Positions 37,153 through 51,254 of a stretch of 64,000 nucleotides of DNA are shown here, piece after piece. A program made the position numbers and the translations under genes. The notes beneath the pieces were generated by a model that was not told where the DNA came from, did not search any database, and was given only the letters and a program-made list of their open reading frames with translations. Within the stretch, counting starts at the first letter, position 1, and every line of letters begins with the position of its first letter. This DNA is from Centroscyllium fabricii. Lineage: Eukaryota. The DNA lies in the NCBI GenBank assembly GCA_051313645.2, contig JBNRSN020000009.1, positions 126,542,001-126,606,000 on the forward strand. Direction: 5' to 3'.

Positions 37153-37682
37153 CATAGAAACATAGAAGATAGGAGCAGGAGTAGGCCATTCAGCCCCTCA
37201 AGCCTGCTCCGCCATTCAATGCGATCATGGCTGATCATCCGAATTCGGTACCCTGTCCCTGCTTTCTCCCCATATCCCTTGATCCCTTTAGCCTTAAGAA
37301 ATATATCCAACTCTTTCTTGAATATATTTAATGAATTGGCCTCTACTGCCTTCTGTGGTCGAGAATTCCACAGGTTCACCACTCTCTGGGTGAAGAAATT
37401 CCTCCTCATCTCTGTCCTAAATGACTTACCCCTTATCCTTAGACTGTGACCCCTGGTACTGGACTCCCCCCACCATCAGGAACATCCTTCCTGCATCTAG
37501 TCTGTACAGTCCTGTTAGAATTTTATACGTTTCAATGAGATCCCCTCTCATTCTTCTAAACTCCAGCAAGTATAAGCCCAATCGACCCAATCTCTCATAC
37601 GTCATTCCTGCCATCCCAGGTATCAGCCTGGTGAATCTTCGCTGCACTCCTTCCATGGCAAGAACATCCTTCCTTAGATAAG
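37153..37682 (-). mobile_element. HER1-type CR1 3' fragment (tail shared with the V-SINE)
   Basis: Reverse-strand EGVQRRFTRLIPG, FFTQRVVNLWNS. Tail CTATGTTTCTATG. Confidence 0.9.
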
Positions 37683-40600
37683 GCTGTCACGGAGACATGG
37701 TTGAGGGAGGGGCAGGACTGGCAGCTCAATATTCCGGGGTATAGAATCTTCAGGCGAGACACGGGGAGGGGGTAAAAAGAGGGGGTGTCGCAATATTAAT
37801 TAAGGAATCAATTACTGCTGTAAGGAGGGATGATATATTAACAGGTTCCTCTAATGAGGCCATATGGGTAGAGCTTAAAAACAAAAAGGGGGCAAGCACT
37901 TTGCTGGGAGTGTACTATAGGCCCCAAACAGTCAGGGGGAGATAGAGGAACAGATATGTAGGCAAATCTCAGAGCAGTGTGAAAATAATAGGGTAATAAT
38001 AGTCGGGAATTCAACTTCCCCAATATTAACTGGGATAGTCAGAGTGTGAAAGGCTCAGAGGGTGCGAAATTCTTAGTGCATCCAGGAGAGCTTTTTGAGC
38101 CAGTATGTAGAGGGTCCTACAAGAGAGGCGGCGGTACTGGACCTGATTCTAGGGAATGTGGCTGGGCAAGTGGTAGAAGTGTTAGTAGGAGAGCACTTTG
38201 GTGATAGTGACCATAATTCGGTGAGATTTAAGATGGTCATGGAAAAGGAAAAAGATGGACCGGAAATAAAGGTTCTAAATTGGGGGAAGGCAGATTTTAA
38301 TATGATAAGGCAGGATCTGGCCAAAGGGGACTGGGATCAGCTACTTGAAGGAAAATCCACATCAGAGCAGTGGGAGTCTTTCAGAAAGGTAATGGAGAGA
38401 GGACTAGGGAAGCATGTTCCTGTAAAGGTCAAGGGAGGGACCAAAAAGCCTAGGGAATCTTGGATGTCAAGGGAAAAACAAGAATGGATTAGGAAAAAAG
38501 GAGGGCTTTTGGCAGATACAAGTGACTAAAGACAGAGGAAGCCCGAGAGGAGTATAAAAAGTGCAGGGGTGTACTTAAAAAAGAAATGAGGAGAGCGAGG
38601 AGGGGCCATGAAATAACACTGGTGAGCAGAATAAAGGAAAATCCTAAGATGTTTTATAAGTATATTAAGGGCAAGACGATAACAAGGGAAAGAGTAGGGC
38701 CCATTAGGGACCAAAGTGGCAATCTGCGTGTAGAGCCAGAAGTAGTAGGTGGGGTTTTAAATTTAAAAAATCCATCTGTGTTCACTAAGGAGAAGGACGA
38801 CATAGGCTTAGAAATCAGGCAAGGGGACTGCGACATACTTGAACATATTACCATCGAGATGAAGGAGGTACTAGCGGTTTTAGCAGGCTTACAAGTGGAT
38901 AAATCCTCAGGCCCAGATGAGATGTATCCCAGGCTGCTGTGCAAGGCAAAGGAGGAGATTGCAGGGGCTCAGACACAAATTTTCAGATCCTCTCTGGCCA
39001 CAGGGGATGTGCCAGAGGACTGGAGAACAGCTAACGTGGTACCATTGTTCAAGAAGTGTAGTAGGGATAAACCAGGGAATTACAGGCCAGTGAGCCTAAC
39101 ATCAGTGGTGGGGAAATTATTGGAAAAAATTCTGAGGGATAGAATTAGTATTCACTTGGAGGGACAAGGATTAATCAAGGATAGTCAGCATGGCTTTGTC
39201 AAGGGAAGATCATGTCTGACCAACTTGATTGAATTTTCGAGGGGGTGACTAGGCGTGTGGACGAGGGTAGTGCAGTGGATGTGGTATACTTGGATTTAAG
39301 GAAGGCTTTTTGATAAAGTCCCACATAGGAGAGTGGTCAAGAAGGTAAGTGCCCATGGGATCCAGGGCACCTTGGCACAGTGGATCCAAAACTGGCTTAG
39401 TGGCAGAAGGTGATGGTCGAAGGTTGTTTTTGTGACTGGAGGCCTGTGTCCAGCGGGGTACCACAGGGATCGGTGCTGGGTCCCTTGCTGTTTGTAGTCT
39501 ATATTAATGATTTGGATATGAATGTAAAGGGTATGATCAGTAAGTTCGCTGATGACACAAAAATTGGTGGGGTGGTGGATAGCAAGGAGGGAAGCCTCAG
39601 TCTGCAGGATGATATAGATGGGTTGGTAGGATGGGCAGAACAATGGCAAATGGAATTTAACCCTGAAAAGTGTGAGGTGATGCATTTTGGAAGGACTAAC
39701 AAGGCAAGGGAATACACAATGAATGGTAAGACCCTAGGAAAGACAGAGGATCAGAGGGACCTTGGTGTGCATGTACATAGATCCCTGAAGGCAGCAGGAC
39801 AGGTAGATAAGGTGGTTAAAAAGGCATATGGGATACTTGCCTTCATTAGCCGAGGCACAGAATATAAGAGCAGGGAGGTTATGATGGAGCTGTGCAGAAC
39901 GCTGGTGAGGCCACAGCTGGAGTACTGTGTGCAGTTCTGGTCGCCGCACTATTGGAAGGATGTGATTCCCTTGGAGAGGGTGCAGAGGAGATTCACCAGG
40001 ATGTTACCTGGGCTGGAGCGCTTCAGCTGTCAAGAGAGACTGGACAGGCTGGGGTTGTTTTCCTTGGAGCAGCGAAGGCTGAGGGGGGACCTGATTGAGG
40101 TGTACAAAATTATGAGGGGCATAGTTAGGGTAAATAGAAAGGAACTTTTTCCCTTTGTAGAGGGGTCACAGAAACACAGAAGAAAGAAGGAGTAGGCCAT
40201 TCGGCCCTTCGAGCCTGCTCCGCCATTCAATGAGATCATGGCTGATCATCCAAACCCAGCACCCCGTCCCTGCCTTGTCCCCATATCCCTCAATCCCTAT
40301 CGAACCTGCACCGACACATATCCCACCCTATCCCCGCACATTCAATCTCCCCAACACTAAGGGTCAATTTATCATGGCCTATCAACCTAACCCGCACATC
40401 TTTGGACTGTGGGAAGAAACCGGAGCACCCGGAGGAAACCCACGCAGACACGGGGAGAATGTGCAAACTCCACACAGATAGTACCCGAGGCTGGATTTGA
40501 ACCCGGGTCTCTAGTGCTGTAAGGCAACAGTGCTAACCACTATGCCACCGTGCCGCCCTCTTAATAACAAGATGACATAGTTACAAGGTACGGGGCGTGA

Positions 40601-40856
40601 GGTTTAGAGGGGATTTGAGGAGGAACTTTTTCACCCAGAGGGTGGTTGGAATCTGGAACTCACTGCCTGAAAGGGTGGTAGAGGCAGGAACCCTCACAAC
40701 ATTCAAGAAGCATTTGGATGAGCACTTGAAGTGCCATAGCATACAAGGTTACGGACCAAATGCAGGAAAATGGGATGAATAGACAGGGCTCGATGGCCAG
40801 CATAGACGCGATGGGCCGAAGGGCCTCTTTCTGTGCTGTAAAACTCTATGACTCTA
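37683..40856 (+). mobile_element. 5'-truncated CR1 LINE ORF2 (EN-RT, disrupted), same family as 8863-14935, with a SINE insertion
   Basis: VTETWL, LDLILGN, NYRPVSLTS, KFADDTK. Tail CTCTATGACTCT. Confidence 0.92.
40168..40558 (-). mobile_element. HE1-like V-SINE inside CR1
   Basis: Reverse complement of the V-SINE sequence seen elsewhere in the window. Confidence 0.9.
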
Positions 40857-41059
40857 AGGCGACCATAAGAATGCCACATAATCCAGAATTAAGCCTTCTA
40901 TCAGGACAAATTTCTATTGAGCTTGCTAGCACAGAAAACCCTTGCCTGTCCTCTGCCATACAAGTTAGGCTTCCATAAAACTGGAGCAAGTTACTTTCGG
41001 AATGTAAGATGGAGGCAGGTTAGGTTGGCTTCGAGGGTCAGTGTGAAGTGAGAAGCAGC

Positions 41060-41480
41060 AGGGACAAGATTTCATTTCCCCCCAAAACTGAACACAGTAC
41101 TCCAACGTGGGGTCTGGCCAAAGCTCTGCACAACCGAAACATCAGTTCCTCACTTTTGTTTTTCAACCTCCTTGAGATGAAGGCCAACATTCCATTGCTC
41201 ATTTTGGTTGTTTTTGCACCAGTGCATGAGCTTCTTGAGTTTTGTGTAATTGGGCATCTAATTCCCAATGCCCCTCCACAGCTCCGACACTCTCACCTTT
41301 ATGAAAATATTCTGATTTGTATCTCTCGGATCGAAAGTGGATGACCTCACACTTCCTCACATTGAACTCCATGTGCCAGCGTTTTGCCCACTCACTTAGA
41401 CTGTCTATGTCACTTTATAAATTTCTGCTCCGACCTACATAACTTACTGTGCCTTCTAACTTGCTGTCATTTGCAAACTC
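41060..41480 (-). mobile_element. Old degenerate CR1 RT fragment
   Basis: Reverse strand NGMLAFISRRL...LCRALARPH. Confidence 0.6.
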
Positions 41481-43049
41481 TATTCCTTCATCCGTCATTA
41501 ATATATAAAGGATGGTGCTCCTATTTGCTTTTAGATTTTACATGCTTTCTCGACAGCCCTCTATCAGGGTCGGCACAGAAAACTCATCCCTTCAATGCTC
41601 CAAGTATCTCGAGCATACATCTGTAATCCATCTTTCATTTGCGTCATGGATAGTAGCAGGAGAAAAATCGAAGAAATTACACCATTTTATTCTTGTTTTG
41701 AGAAGAGTAGTGCGTTAAATCAAGTGGGTGATACTACCTTTCTCTGCTCGATACTGTGTGATGAGGCTTTGTTTTCTCTCTGGTCCCGATTCACTCAGTA
41801 ACTGTGACCATCTCCTATTTACTGTGGTAAGGCTTTGTGTTTTCTGTAATTATGCAAGTAACCAAACACCTATTCACCTCATTGCAGTAGGCTCAATGTG
41901 CAGGAAGTTCACAATGCATCGCAGTCAGACTCCATTGCATGTTACACAACAGATTCATCAGCAAGGCCAAATCATTTATTGTCAGATTTTGAAGTTTGCC
42001 GTTAAATGCCAAGTTGAAAATGTACAACTTTAAGACGCAAACATCAATTACCATATTAAACATTATTAATGTGCGATCTGTTAGGTTTACTTTTAATTCG
42101 GTTGTACATTTAATTTAACGACTGTCCCTCAATACTCATGTCACTCACAAAAATGCAGAGTTTTCATGACAAATATTTAAACCATTATGTACAGTTGAGG
42201 TTTATTTTCTTGCTTTTAATTGTGAGGCAATGCTTCCGGATTACTGTGATAGTCTGAAATGTTTCTGGACTGAGGACCGATTATAGGCCAGAGAATGACA
42301 AAAAGTGGTCCTTTATACAATCAAGGAACCATTAACTCCCAACACAAAAGTAGCAGGGATTATTGCTAGCACCCATCGAACCCGAAGAGAGAGAATGAGG
42401 AGGGGGGGGGGGGGGGGGACACGACCAAGATCAAATTTGGGTTAAGTAGAATTAAGACACGAAAGGGTACGAGAAGCAGAAATTGCGCCAAGATAGTTAG
42501 ACCTCTCTACGTCTAATGTTAGTTTTGATTAAGTTGCTTTCTTTTCTTTGGAGGAGGGAGTAAGAGGTACAAAACAGCCCATGTGTGCAGCCCATGCGAG
42601 CTTACAGCAGAACTTGGGCAACACTCAGGCTTGGGGTGATGGGTGGCAGGTAACCGTCTTACCACATAAGTGCCAAGCAATGACCATCTCCAACGAAATT
42701 AAAGTCCAACCACTTTCCCTCTGGCTTTCAACAGCATCACCAGCCCCATTGTGGGGATCACCACTGACCAGCTGGATGAACACCATGGCAACAAAAGCAG
42801 GGCGGAGGCCGAGTACTCAAGAGCTGAGGGGCCCACCTTCCGCCCCCTCAATGTCGCTCCACCATCTAAAAGGCTCAAGTCAGGAGTCTGATGGAATGCT
42901 CACTACTCACCTGAATGGGTGCAGGTGCAAAACCAGTGAAAACAGAGCTCGATTCGCATCTCTGCCACTAAACTCAATATCCACTCCCTTCACAACCTGC
43001 AGCTCACTCCGTACTAACTACGGGACAGATGACAGCAACTAACCAAACT

Positions 43050-43806
43050 TACCTCCTTCACAGAAGCGTTATCAAACAGAATTTGACACTGAGCCACACA
43101 GAGGCATCAGGACAGACTGGTCAAAGAGGCAGGTTTTAAGGAGTGTCTTAAAGGAGGAGAGAGAGGTAGAGAGGCGGAGAGATTTAGGGAGGGAATTCCA
43201 GAGCCTAGGACCTAGGTGGAGCAATTAAAATCAGCGATGTTCAAGCAGCCAGAATTGGACAGTAGGACGACACGGTGGTGCAGTGGTTAGCACAGCTGCC
43301 TCGCAATAAGGAGCTCCTGGGTTTGAATCCTGCTTGGCCCGGGACCTCTCTGCGTGGAGTTTGCATGTTCTCCCCATGTTCGTGTGAGTTTCCTCCGGGT
43401 ACTCCGGTTTCCTCCAAACAACCCAAAGACATGCAGGTTAGGTGAATTGGAGATATAAAAAATTGCCCATGAGTATGTGTGTGGGATATGGTTCTTGGAG
43501 TTGGGGGTGTCGGGGGATGTGGGGAGAGGGGTAGGAGGGGGGGGCTGGGTTTGGACGATCAGCCAGGATCTCGTCGAAATGAGGGAGCTGGCTCGAAGGG
43601 CCGAATGGCCTACTCCTGCTCCTATCTTCTGTGTTCTTGAGGAGTGCAGAGATCTGAGAGAGTTGTATGGCCAGAGGAGGTTACAGAGATAGAAGGGGTT
43701 GAGGCCATGTTGGGATTTCAACACAAGGATGAGAACTTTAACAGCGAGGCATTGCTGGACTGGGAGCTGATGTGGGTCAGTGAACATGGGGTTGATGGGT
43801 GAATGG
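43050..43806 (-). mobile_element. L2 LINE relic (continues at ~48487-48650) containing an older V-SINE (+, ~43268-43635)
   Basis: GGGAGGGAATTCCAGAG and LHQLPVQQC..VKVLILV-like L2 C-terminus. SINE with divergent head and V core. Confidence 0.65.
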
Positions 43807-46800
43807 TGTAGAGTGTTCAACACATTGAGACAGACTCAGGATTGTGTGTGTGTTCAGCCATTGCTCGAGGCCTGAGTGTTCAACACATTGAAACAGACTC
43901 AGGATTGTGTGTGTGTTCAGCCATTGCCCGAGGCCTTGTTTAATCTCTCTCACTTCCTGTTAACCCTCAGTTACCCTCTGCCCAGTAGGGGGCAACAATC
44001 ACCACATCTCCCCTTCTAAACAAACTTTGAAAACTATTCCTTTACTGTTAACATTTTCAAATCATTACCTTTTTTTACAGTGCTTAAGAAATAACAAACT
44101 CTAACAAACATCATAACTAACAAATGTAACATCTCTAATGCATCTCTCTTTCCTTTTTTTGTTTAAAAAATGAATAATACAAGCAGAGTAAGCTTGGAGG
44201 GACAAAGCGACTGCCTGAACCCTCCAAGTACCTCGGGTATTATTCTGACCCAATGAGGTGTCTTGGTTCTGAAACTATTCATGTTTCAAAGTCCTGGAGG
44301 TATGAAGGAGGCTTGTAGACCCTTTCAGGGTATCATCTGGAACCCGATGGAGGTGGGGTAGCCCCTGTGGGTGGGGGAGTTCCAGGACCCACATCCCCAT
44401 TGTCATCATCGGGAATGGAGGGCTCATCAGCGTCTGGGGGCTGCTGTGTAAGTGCGAGGTGCCTGCGGTTCCTACGAACAATCTGGCCCTGGATATCAAC
44501 CAGATACTATCTTGGGGTGTTGGCCTGTCCTTGCACAATGCCTCTTTTGCGGGAGTCCAGTATCCACACATAGTCACCTGGAAGGAGTGGGCACAAGGGC
44601 TTAGCTCTGTGGCGCCTGTTAAAGTTGGCCTGTTGTCTTAGTTTAGATTGTTTATCCTTGTCTGTAAAATTCTGGAGGTCGGGCCAGCCTGGGGTCAGGA
44701 GTGATGGCATAGTTGGCACGGTTGTACGCGGTCTCCTGCCTTGTAGCAACTCAGCAGGGCTGAATCCGCTAGAAAGAGATGTGGAGCGGTATGCAAGGAG
44801 TGCCCGGTATGGGTCAGGTGACTTTTTAAAAAGCTGTTTGGCTGTCTGGACAGCGCGCTCGGCAGCCCCATTGCTTTGAGGACACAGAGGGCTGGATGTG
44901 ACATGGGTGAAGTCCCAGCTGTCGGCAAATGAGCGAAAGGTGACCGAGGCAAATTGGGGGCCGTTATCTGTTCGGACCAGCAGTGGGACCCCTCGGCGGG
45001 CAAAGCAGGATTTCATACACTCAACGACTGCATGTGAGGTGGTGGAGGAAAGTTTGATAACTTCAATGAATTTAGAGAAGTAGTCAAACATTACCAGTAA
45101 GTTGAGTTATCCAAATGAAATAGATCAGCCCCAACCTTCTGCCATGGGCCCTCAGGGGTGTCATTTGGAATCAATGGCTCTGGTGGTTGTTGTCTCATTT
45201 GGGCACAGCTTGGGCACTGTTGTACTTTACGTTGTAGTTGACCGCTTAATCCAGGCCACCAGACAGAACACCTGGCTCGTGCTCTGCATTTTGTGATCCC
45301 TTGATGGCCATCATGCAGTTTGTCCAGAATGTCTTTCTGCATTGATGCTGGAATGACCAACCGGCACCCTTGTAGCAGCAATCCTTGTGCAATAGTGAGG
45401 TCACCTGAAACAGCCGCGTAAGGTCTAAGAGCGTTGTCAAGTTTTGCATCATCTGGCCAGCCCTCACGGCAGTATGTGAAGACCTGACGAAGTAGTTCAT
45501 CCGTTTCCTGTTCGTGACGAAGTGCAGCCAGGCGTTTCTCGGTAATGGGGAGTGCAGTGAGTATTGAGTGTACATAATTCTCTATGCACTGCACCTCAGA
45601 GGAATCATCCACCAGCGGCTGGTAGGTAGCTCTGGAGAGGACGTCGGCAGTTGCTAGGCTCTTCCCTGGCACGTGATATAGTGAAGTGAAAGTGCATGAG
45701 TCGCATCCGAAAGCGCTGAATGCGGGGGGACAACTCGTCCAGGTTTTTAGATCCCAATAGTGTAAGGAGGGGCTTGTGATCTGTTTCGACCTGGAATGTC
45801 ATGCCTATTAGGAAGTCTCTATAGCGCTCACATGCCCATGTAATGGCCAAGGCCTCTTTCTCAATCTGCGCATAGCGCTGCTCTGTTTTTGAAAGGGCTC
45901 GTTAAGCATAGGCTACAGGGCGCCAGTCACTGTCAGATCTCTTTTGTAAAAGGACTGCACCCAAGCCAAACGATGAGGCGTCAGCTGACACTTTAGTGAG
46001 TGTATTGGGGTCATACAGTGCAAGGCCTGGCGGTGTGGTTAGCTCTGTCTTTATCTCGGTGAAAGTTTGGGACTGCTGGGGTCCCCAATACCATGAGGTC
46101 TGCCTGTTGAGGAGATCCCGGAGTGGCTTGGTTTTATCGGCTAGATGGGGTATGTATTTGCCCAAGTGATTGACCAGACCCATGAAGCGGCATATTTCAG
46201 ATACATTCCTTGGCGCGGCCATGTGTGTGAGGGCCTTGACTTTGTTGGGATCTGCTCTGACACCGGTCCCGTCGATGACCTGGCCGAGAAATTTCACCTG
46301 TGTTTTGGCAAATTCACATTTGGAGTTGAGAGTAAGTCCAGCTTGCTGTAGTCTACCAAGAATTGCAAACAGTTGCTGATCGTGCTGTTCTTGGGTTGCG
46401 CCAAACACCAACACATCATCCATTCCATTTGGCATAAGACACCATCAAGTCCCTCAAGGAGGTGGGACACACGGCGCTGGAAATGCTATGGGGCGGAGGA
46501 TATTCCAAAGGGCAGTCTGTGGAAACAGTAACGTCCAAATGGCGTGATGAACGTGGTAAGACGTTTTGACTCCTCTGTCAAGGGTATTTGCCAGAAACCA
46601 GATTGAGCGTCAAGCTTTGTAAATACCTTTGCATCTTTCAGCTGCCCCAGAGTGTGCTCTACACAGGGTAAGAGATGCAGCTCTCTACAGACACATTCAT
46701 TGAGTTTTGTTAGGTCTACACAGATTCTGATTTTTCCATTGGGTTTTGGGACTATGACCATTCCGGAGCACCAGGCTGTGGGTTCCTCAACTCTTGCAAT

Positions 46801-48486
46801 TATCCCCAGTTGCTCCATGTGGGTTAGTTCCTCCTTAACTTTGGTCATAAGGGGGAGCGAGACACGTCGGGGTGTAGAGAGAGCAAAAGATTTGGCCTCC
46901 GGCTTGAGGCGAATGTGATACTCCTCTTGCAGTCGCCCAATGCCTTGAAACAGTCTGGGGAACTGCTGTCTGACCTCCCGTTCGAGATCCGTAGATACCG
47001 TCTCTGCTACTTGTGGGTCCGACCTGGACACCAGACGCAGGGAAATGATGGCGGGGCGACCGAGGAGCGCTATCCGTAGACCGCGTACCACATACACAAC
47101 CTGCTTTGTAGACCGTGGACCACGGGTCAGGGAAGCTGAAAATTTTCCTCTGATATTCAACGGGACTTGACCAGGACCCTGAAGAACCTTAGAGGTGCTC
47201 TGAAGAGCCTCTTGACCTAGGTCGTTGTAGAGGCACTCCGGGATAACAGTGACATCAGCCCCGTATCAATTTTGAATTCAGTCATGTGGCCACACAGGTG
47301 ATGGTCCACGGCTGGTCCGGCCCATTTCCAATTGACCCCACGAACGCTATCTCATTGTCATCATCCTCTGATATTTCAGCAGCTGCCGGTGTGGATCGAC
47401 AAACTGCAGCAAAATGCCCCTTTTTCTGGCAATTCCTGCAGCGAACATCTTTGGCTGGACAGATTTGTCTATTGTGTGTACTCCGGCCACACCATCTGCA
47501 ACTCCGCTTTTGTGCTTGGAAATGTGTTCCAGTTTGAGTTCCAGTACGAGGCCTCTGTACATATTCACGTGAGTCAGTCTGTCTTGATTTGGTTGAAAAA
47601 TGTTTCTGGGGACCTGCTTGTCGGGTGGCACTTATGGTTTCAATAGACTCCTCCTCCTCATTACTACCTTTCGGAAGCATTGATTGCTGTTTCTTTATTG
47701 TTTCACTTTGGAAAACCTGTGTGTTTGCTTTGTCAACTGTGAGGTCTGGATCCATCTGTAATTTTCCAGAGAGTTTAAGATCCCTTAGTCCAACAACCAA
47801 TCTGTCACGAATTAGTTCATCCCGCATATCTCCATATTCACAATGTTCGATGAGCTCATATAGCGCTTTGATGAAGCTATCACACGATTCCCCTCTCTCC
47901 TGCACGCGCCTATGGAATCTTGCGCATTCGAATATCAAATTCCTCCGCGGGATAAAATGATTAGACAACTCCGTTTTAACTGTGTCATAGCTTTTCAGTT
48001 GATCAGCCGTAATATTCCTGCACCGGACGATCGCTTCAGCCTCCGCTCCCATGGAATAGGGTATTAACCTGTTTTTCCTGTGTCTGTTTATCGAGGCCCG
48101 AGGCCTGTCTGAAACATTCAAATCTGCTGATCCACAACGGCCACTCTTCCGGCTGCGTAAAATCAAACTCGGAGGGGGGAGAAATCTGAAAGAATGCAGG
48201 ACTTTCAGTGGCCATGATCGTAAGCTAAGCACCATGGGGTAAATACACTTTTTCTTCCTTTCTCTCAGTCTCTTCTGGTTTTCTCAGTTGTGGCTTAAAC
48301 AGCTATCGTAAACTTTCACTCACCGGGAGCTGACTGGCTTCTGACACCATGTAGAGTGTTCAACACATTGAGACAGACTCAGGATTGTGTGCGTGTTCAG
48401 CCATTGCTCGAGGCCTTGTTTAATCTCTCTCACTTCCTGTTAACCCTCTGTTGCCCCCTACTGGGCAGAGGGTAACTATCACTACA
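43807..48486 (-). mobile_element. Ty3/Gypsy (Mag-like) LTR retrotransposon B, full structure but frameshifted
   Basis: LTRs 48350-48486 (5') and 43807-44006 (3'). 5-bp TSD AATGG at 43802-43806 and 48487-48491. PBS TGGTGTCAGAAG, PPT AGAAGGGGAGA. gag with two CCHC knuckles, PR KIDTG, RT ICVDLTKLN/LPFGISSAP, RH ADASSFGLGAVLLQ, IN HQGITKC/TDNGPQF. Confidence 0.94.
48338..48349 (-). promoter_or_regulatory. tRNA primer-binding site of Gypsy B (tRNA-Leu-like, TGGTGTCAGAAG)
   Basis: Begins with TGG immediately after the LTR terminal CA. Confidence 0.8.
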
Positions 48487-49149
48487 AATGGGACTTGGAG
48501 AGAATCAGGGTGCAGGCAGCAGAGTTTCCGATGAGCTCATATCGAGGGTGCAAGATAGGCCGGCTGGCCAGGAGAGCATCGGAATAGTCCAGTATAGGGG
48601 TAACAAAGGTGACTTGGACATATACTGCAGTTCTTTCATGGCCACTGGCTGAACATCCTGGAAATGTTTATGTAACACCATTGTGGGAGCACTGTGATCA
48701 CCACAGGAACTGCAGCAGTTCAAGAAGATTCTCCTCAGGACAATAAATGTAGCATTGCCAGTGCTCCCCTACATCCCGGGGACAGAATAACAAATATTTG
48801 TTCATTTTGTAGAACACACACAGCCTGCACTGAAGTACCCATCCCAGTCTTCACACAGGTGCAAACAGTAAAACATAAACTGCAACAGTCCAGTAGAAAG
48901 TCCACTAAATTGGCAATTTCCAATAAACAACAGTAGCCTGGATGAAAACACTCACTTTAATTATTAACTACTCACAAATCTCAATTGGAAAGACGGTTTT
49001 ATAATCAGCCACTAAGCCAAATGTAGCATTGCAGGGAATGTCTGGCCACTTTCGACTGATAAAAAATTCAGGATAGCATTTGTCCTCCTGTGTGTGTAAT
49101 GTTGACATCTTAAAAATGGTTTGTTGCAAGATTGCAGCACTGTTAATAC

Positions 49150-49352
49150 GGTGCGCGGCCCCCAAGCTCTGGAATTCCCACCCCAAATCTCCTCGCCTCT
49201 ATCTCCTCCTTGAAGACACTCATTAAAAGCTACCTCTTTGATCCTGTCCTGATATCTCTGTGTGGCTCGGAGTAAATTTTTGTCTGATTACTCTCCTGTG
49301 AAATGCCTTAAGGACGTTTTACTACGCTAAAGATGCTGAATAAATGCAAGTT
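49150..49352 (+). mobile_element. L2 3' end relic
   Basis: CCCAAGCTCTGGAATTCC...TACCTCTTTGA...TAAATGCAAGTT. Confidence 0.6.
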
Positions 49353-50112
49353 TTAACAGCGTGTTGGTCGTGTATTTATTTCTTTTCATAAAAGTTCATA
49401 TCCAATTTATTTAATTCAACTGAAATGATCATGTGGGGGGGCATTATTGTGTTTATCTGCCTCCTGTGTAATATGCTTTCTTACTGATTCCACTGTCAGC
49501 GTGACACATCTGCATGTGGCCATCAACATTCGCATCAGCTTTATCAAAGCCCCTTGTATTGAAATTCCACCAGGTGATGTCTGTTACTTAACTTGCTGCT
49601 GGCTACGAGACTTCAGTACAGATCTAACAGGGTAATTAGAATTAGACTTCAGCGCTGCAGTAATGTCCTTGGTAGTTTTATTGCTGCTTTTCGACGTAGC
49701 CTTGGTAAAACAAACGTTTTCATCGCTTACAATCCTTCCGGAGTAGATAATGTGCCTGCAGCATTTTCATTCAGAGCTTGGAAAGCTCTGTGTCACTGCG
49801 TGGGTGATGTTACCACCCAGTAGGATATCAGCCTGGAACAACTCGTTTCCATAGCAACAGTCTCCATACGCAGAGGCTAGCACCATAGGAAAGCCAGTAC
49901 AGCTAGAGAATTTCATCGTAATGAAGCCCTCTTTCTCCTGCCCGAGCCCCAACCCACCCCACCATGAGGCGCTCTGCATTAGGAAGAATTTCCAATTGCC
50001 CTTCTTTTCTTTTTCAGCAGTTGGATGGAGAAAACTCTGCTTGCAAACCTCATCGTTCAACACCTCACTTGTGAATGTCTCAAGGTGGGAACTTTCAAAA
50101 GTGAATTGGATA

Positions 50113-50513
50113 CATAGAAACATAGAAGATAGGAGCAGGAGCAGGCCATTTGGCCCTTCGAGCCTGCTCCGCCATTCAATGAGATCATGGCTGATCATCC
50201 AAACCCAGTACCCCGTCCCTGCCTTCTCCACATATCCCTCGATCCCCATCGAGGCTGCACTGACACATATCCCACCCTATCTCCGTAACCCCACATACTT
50301 AATCCCCCTAACACTAAGGGTCAATTTATCATGGCCAATCAACCTAACCCGCACATCTTTGGACTGTGGGAGGAAACCTGAGCACCCGGAGGAAACCCAC
50401 GCAGACACAGGGAGAATGTGCAAACTCCACAGATAGTACCCGAGGCTGGATTTGAACCCGGGTCTCCAGTGCTGTGAGGCAACAGTGCTGACCACTGTGC
50501 CACCGTGCCGCCC
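50113..50513 (-). mobile_element. HE1-like V-SINE
   Basis: Full-length reverse copy. Confidence 0.92.
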
Positions 50514-51254
50514 ATACTTGAAAAGGAAAAATCTGCAAGGCTATGGGGATAGAGCCGGTGGCGGGTGGGGTGGGAATAACTGGATCGTGCTTTCAAAGAG
50601 CCGGCATAAGCAAGATGGGCTGAATGGCCTCCTTTTGTGCTGTATGACTCTGCATACAAAGGAGTAAGTAGGGTGTTGTGTGTTCCCGGTTGACATCCCC
50701 TCAAGCATGGAGCTGGTGTGGGTATTCAGAACCAGCTTTTAAAACCCTTTTGCTGCAACTTAGCAACATCCATTTTAAGAGTGCTGTAAAAAATCAAAGT
50801 GGTTAAAAAAACTGCTGTATGGGAGTGTCAAAAGTACTGCATTGCGATTATTTGTTCCCCTTTTCACCTGATAATTTATGACGCTACAAGATTGTAGGAT
50901 TGCATGATCCACCTATATTCACCAATAGTTTACGTGAAGAATTACTGTCAGATCTCCAGAGAGTTGGCTGCGTGCTTCGTCAAACAAGAGACCCAGATTG
51001 AAACGAAGGAAAACCATGGATGCAGACCAGAGAAATGTCTACATCCAAAAAAGCCTCGAGGGGGGAGAAAAAAGACAACGGCACAAATGAACTTTGCATG
51101 ATTTCCATCGGTTTGTGCCGAATTAAAAAGCATTTATCTTTTTGCAGAGGCAGGCTGGCTTTGACAGAAACCAAAGGCCGCACCAAGGGGAAAGTTTTAA
51201 CGAGGCCGATTTAATATCCTACAGCTCCCCTCCAGTATCCGGCCCAACTGCAGT

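Noticed and set aside
49731-49755. Possible 25-nt minus-strand exon (cag|...|gtaagc)
   Set aside because: Not frame-preserving, no ITPR similarity, weak acceptor context.
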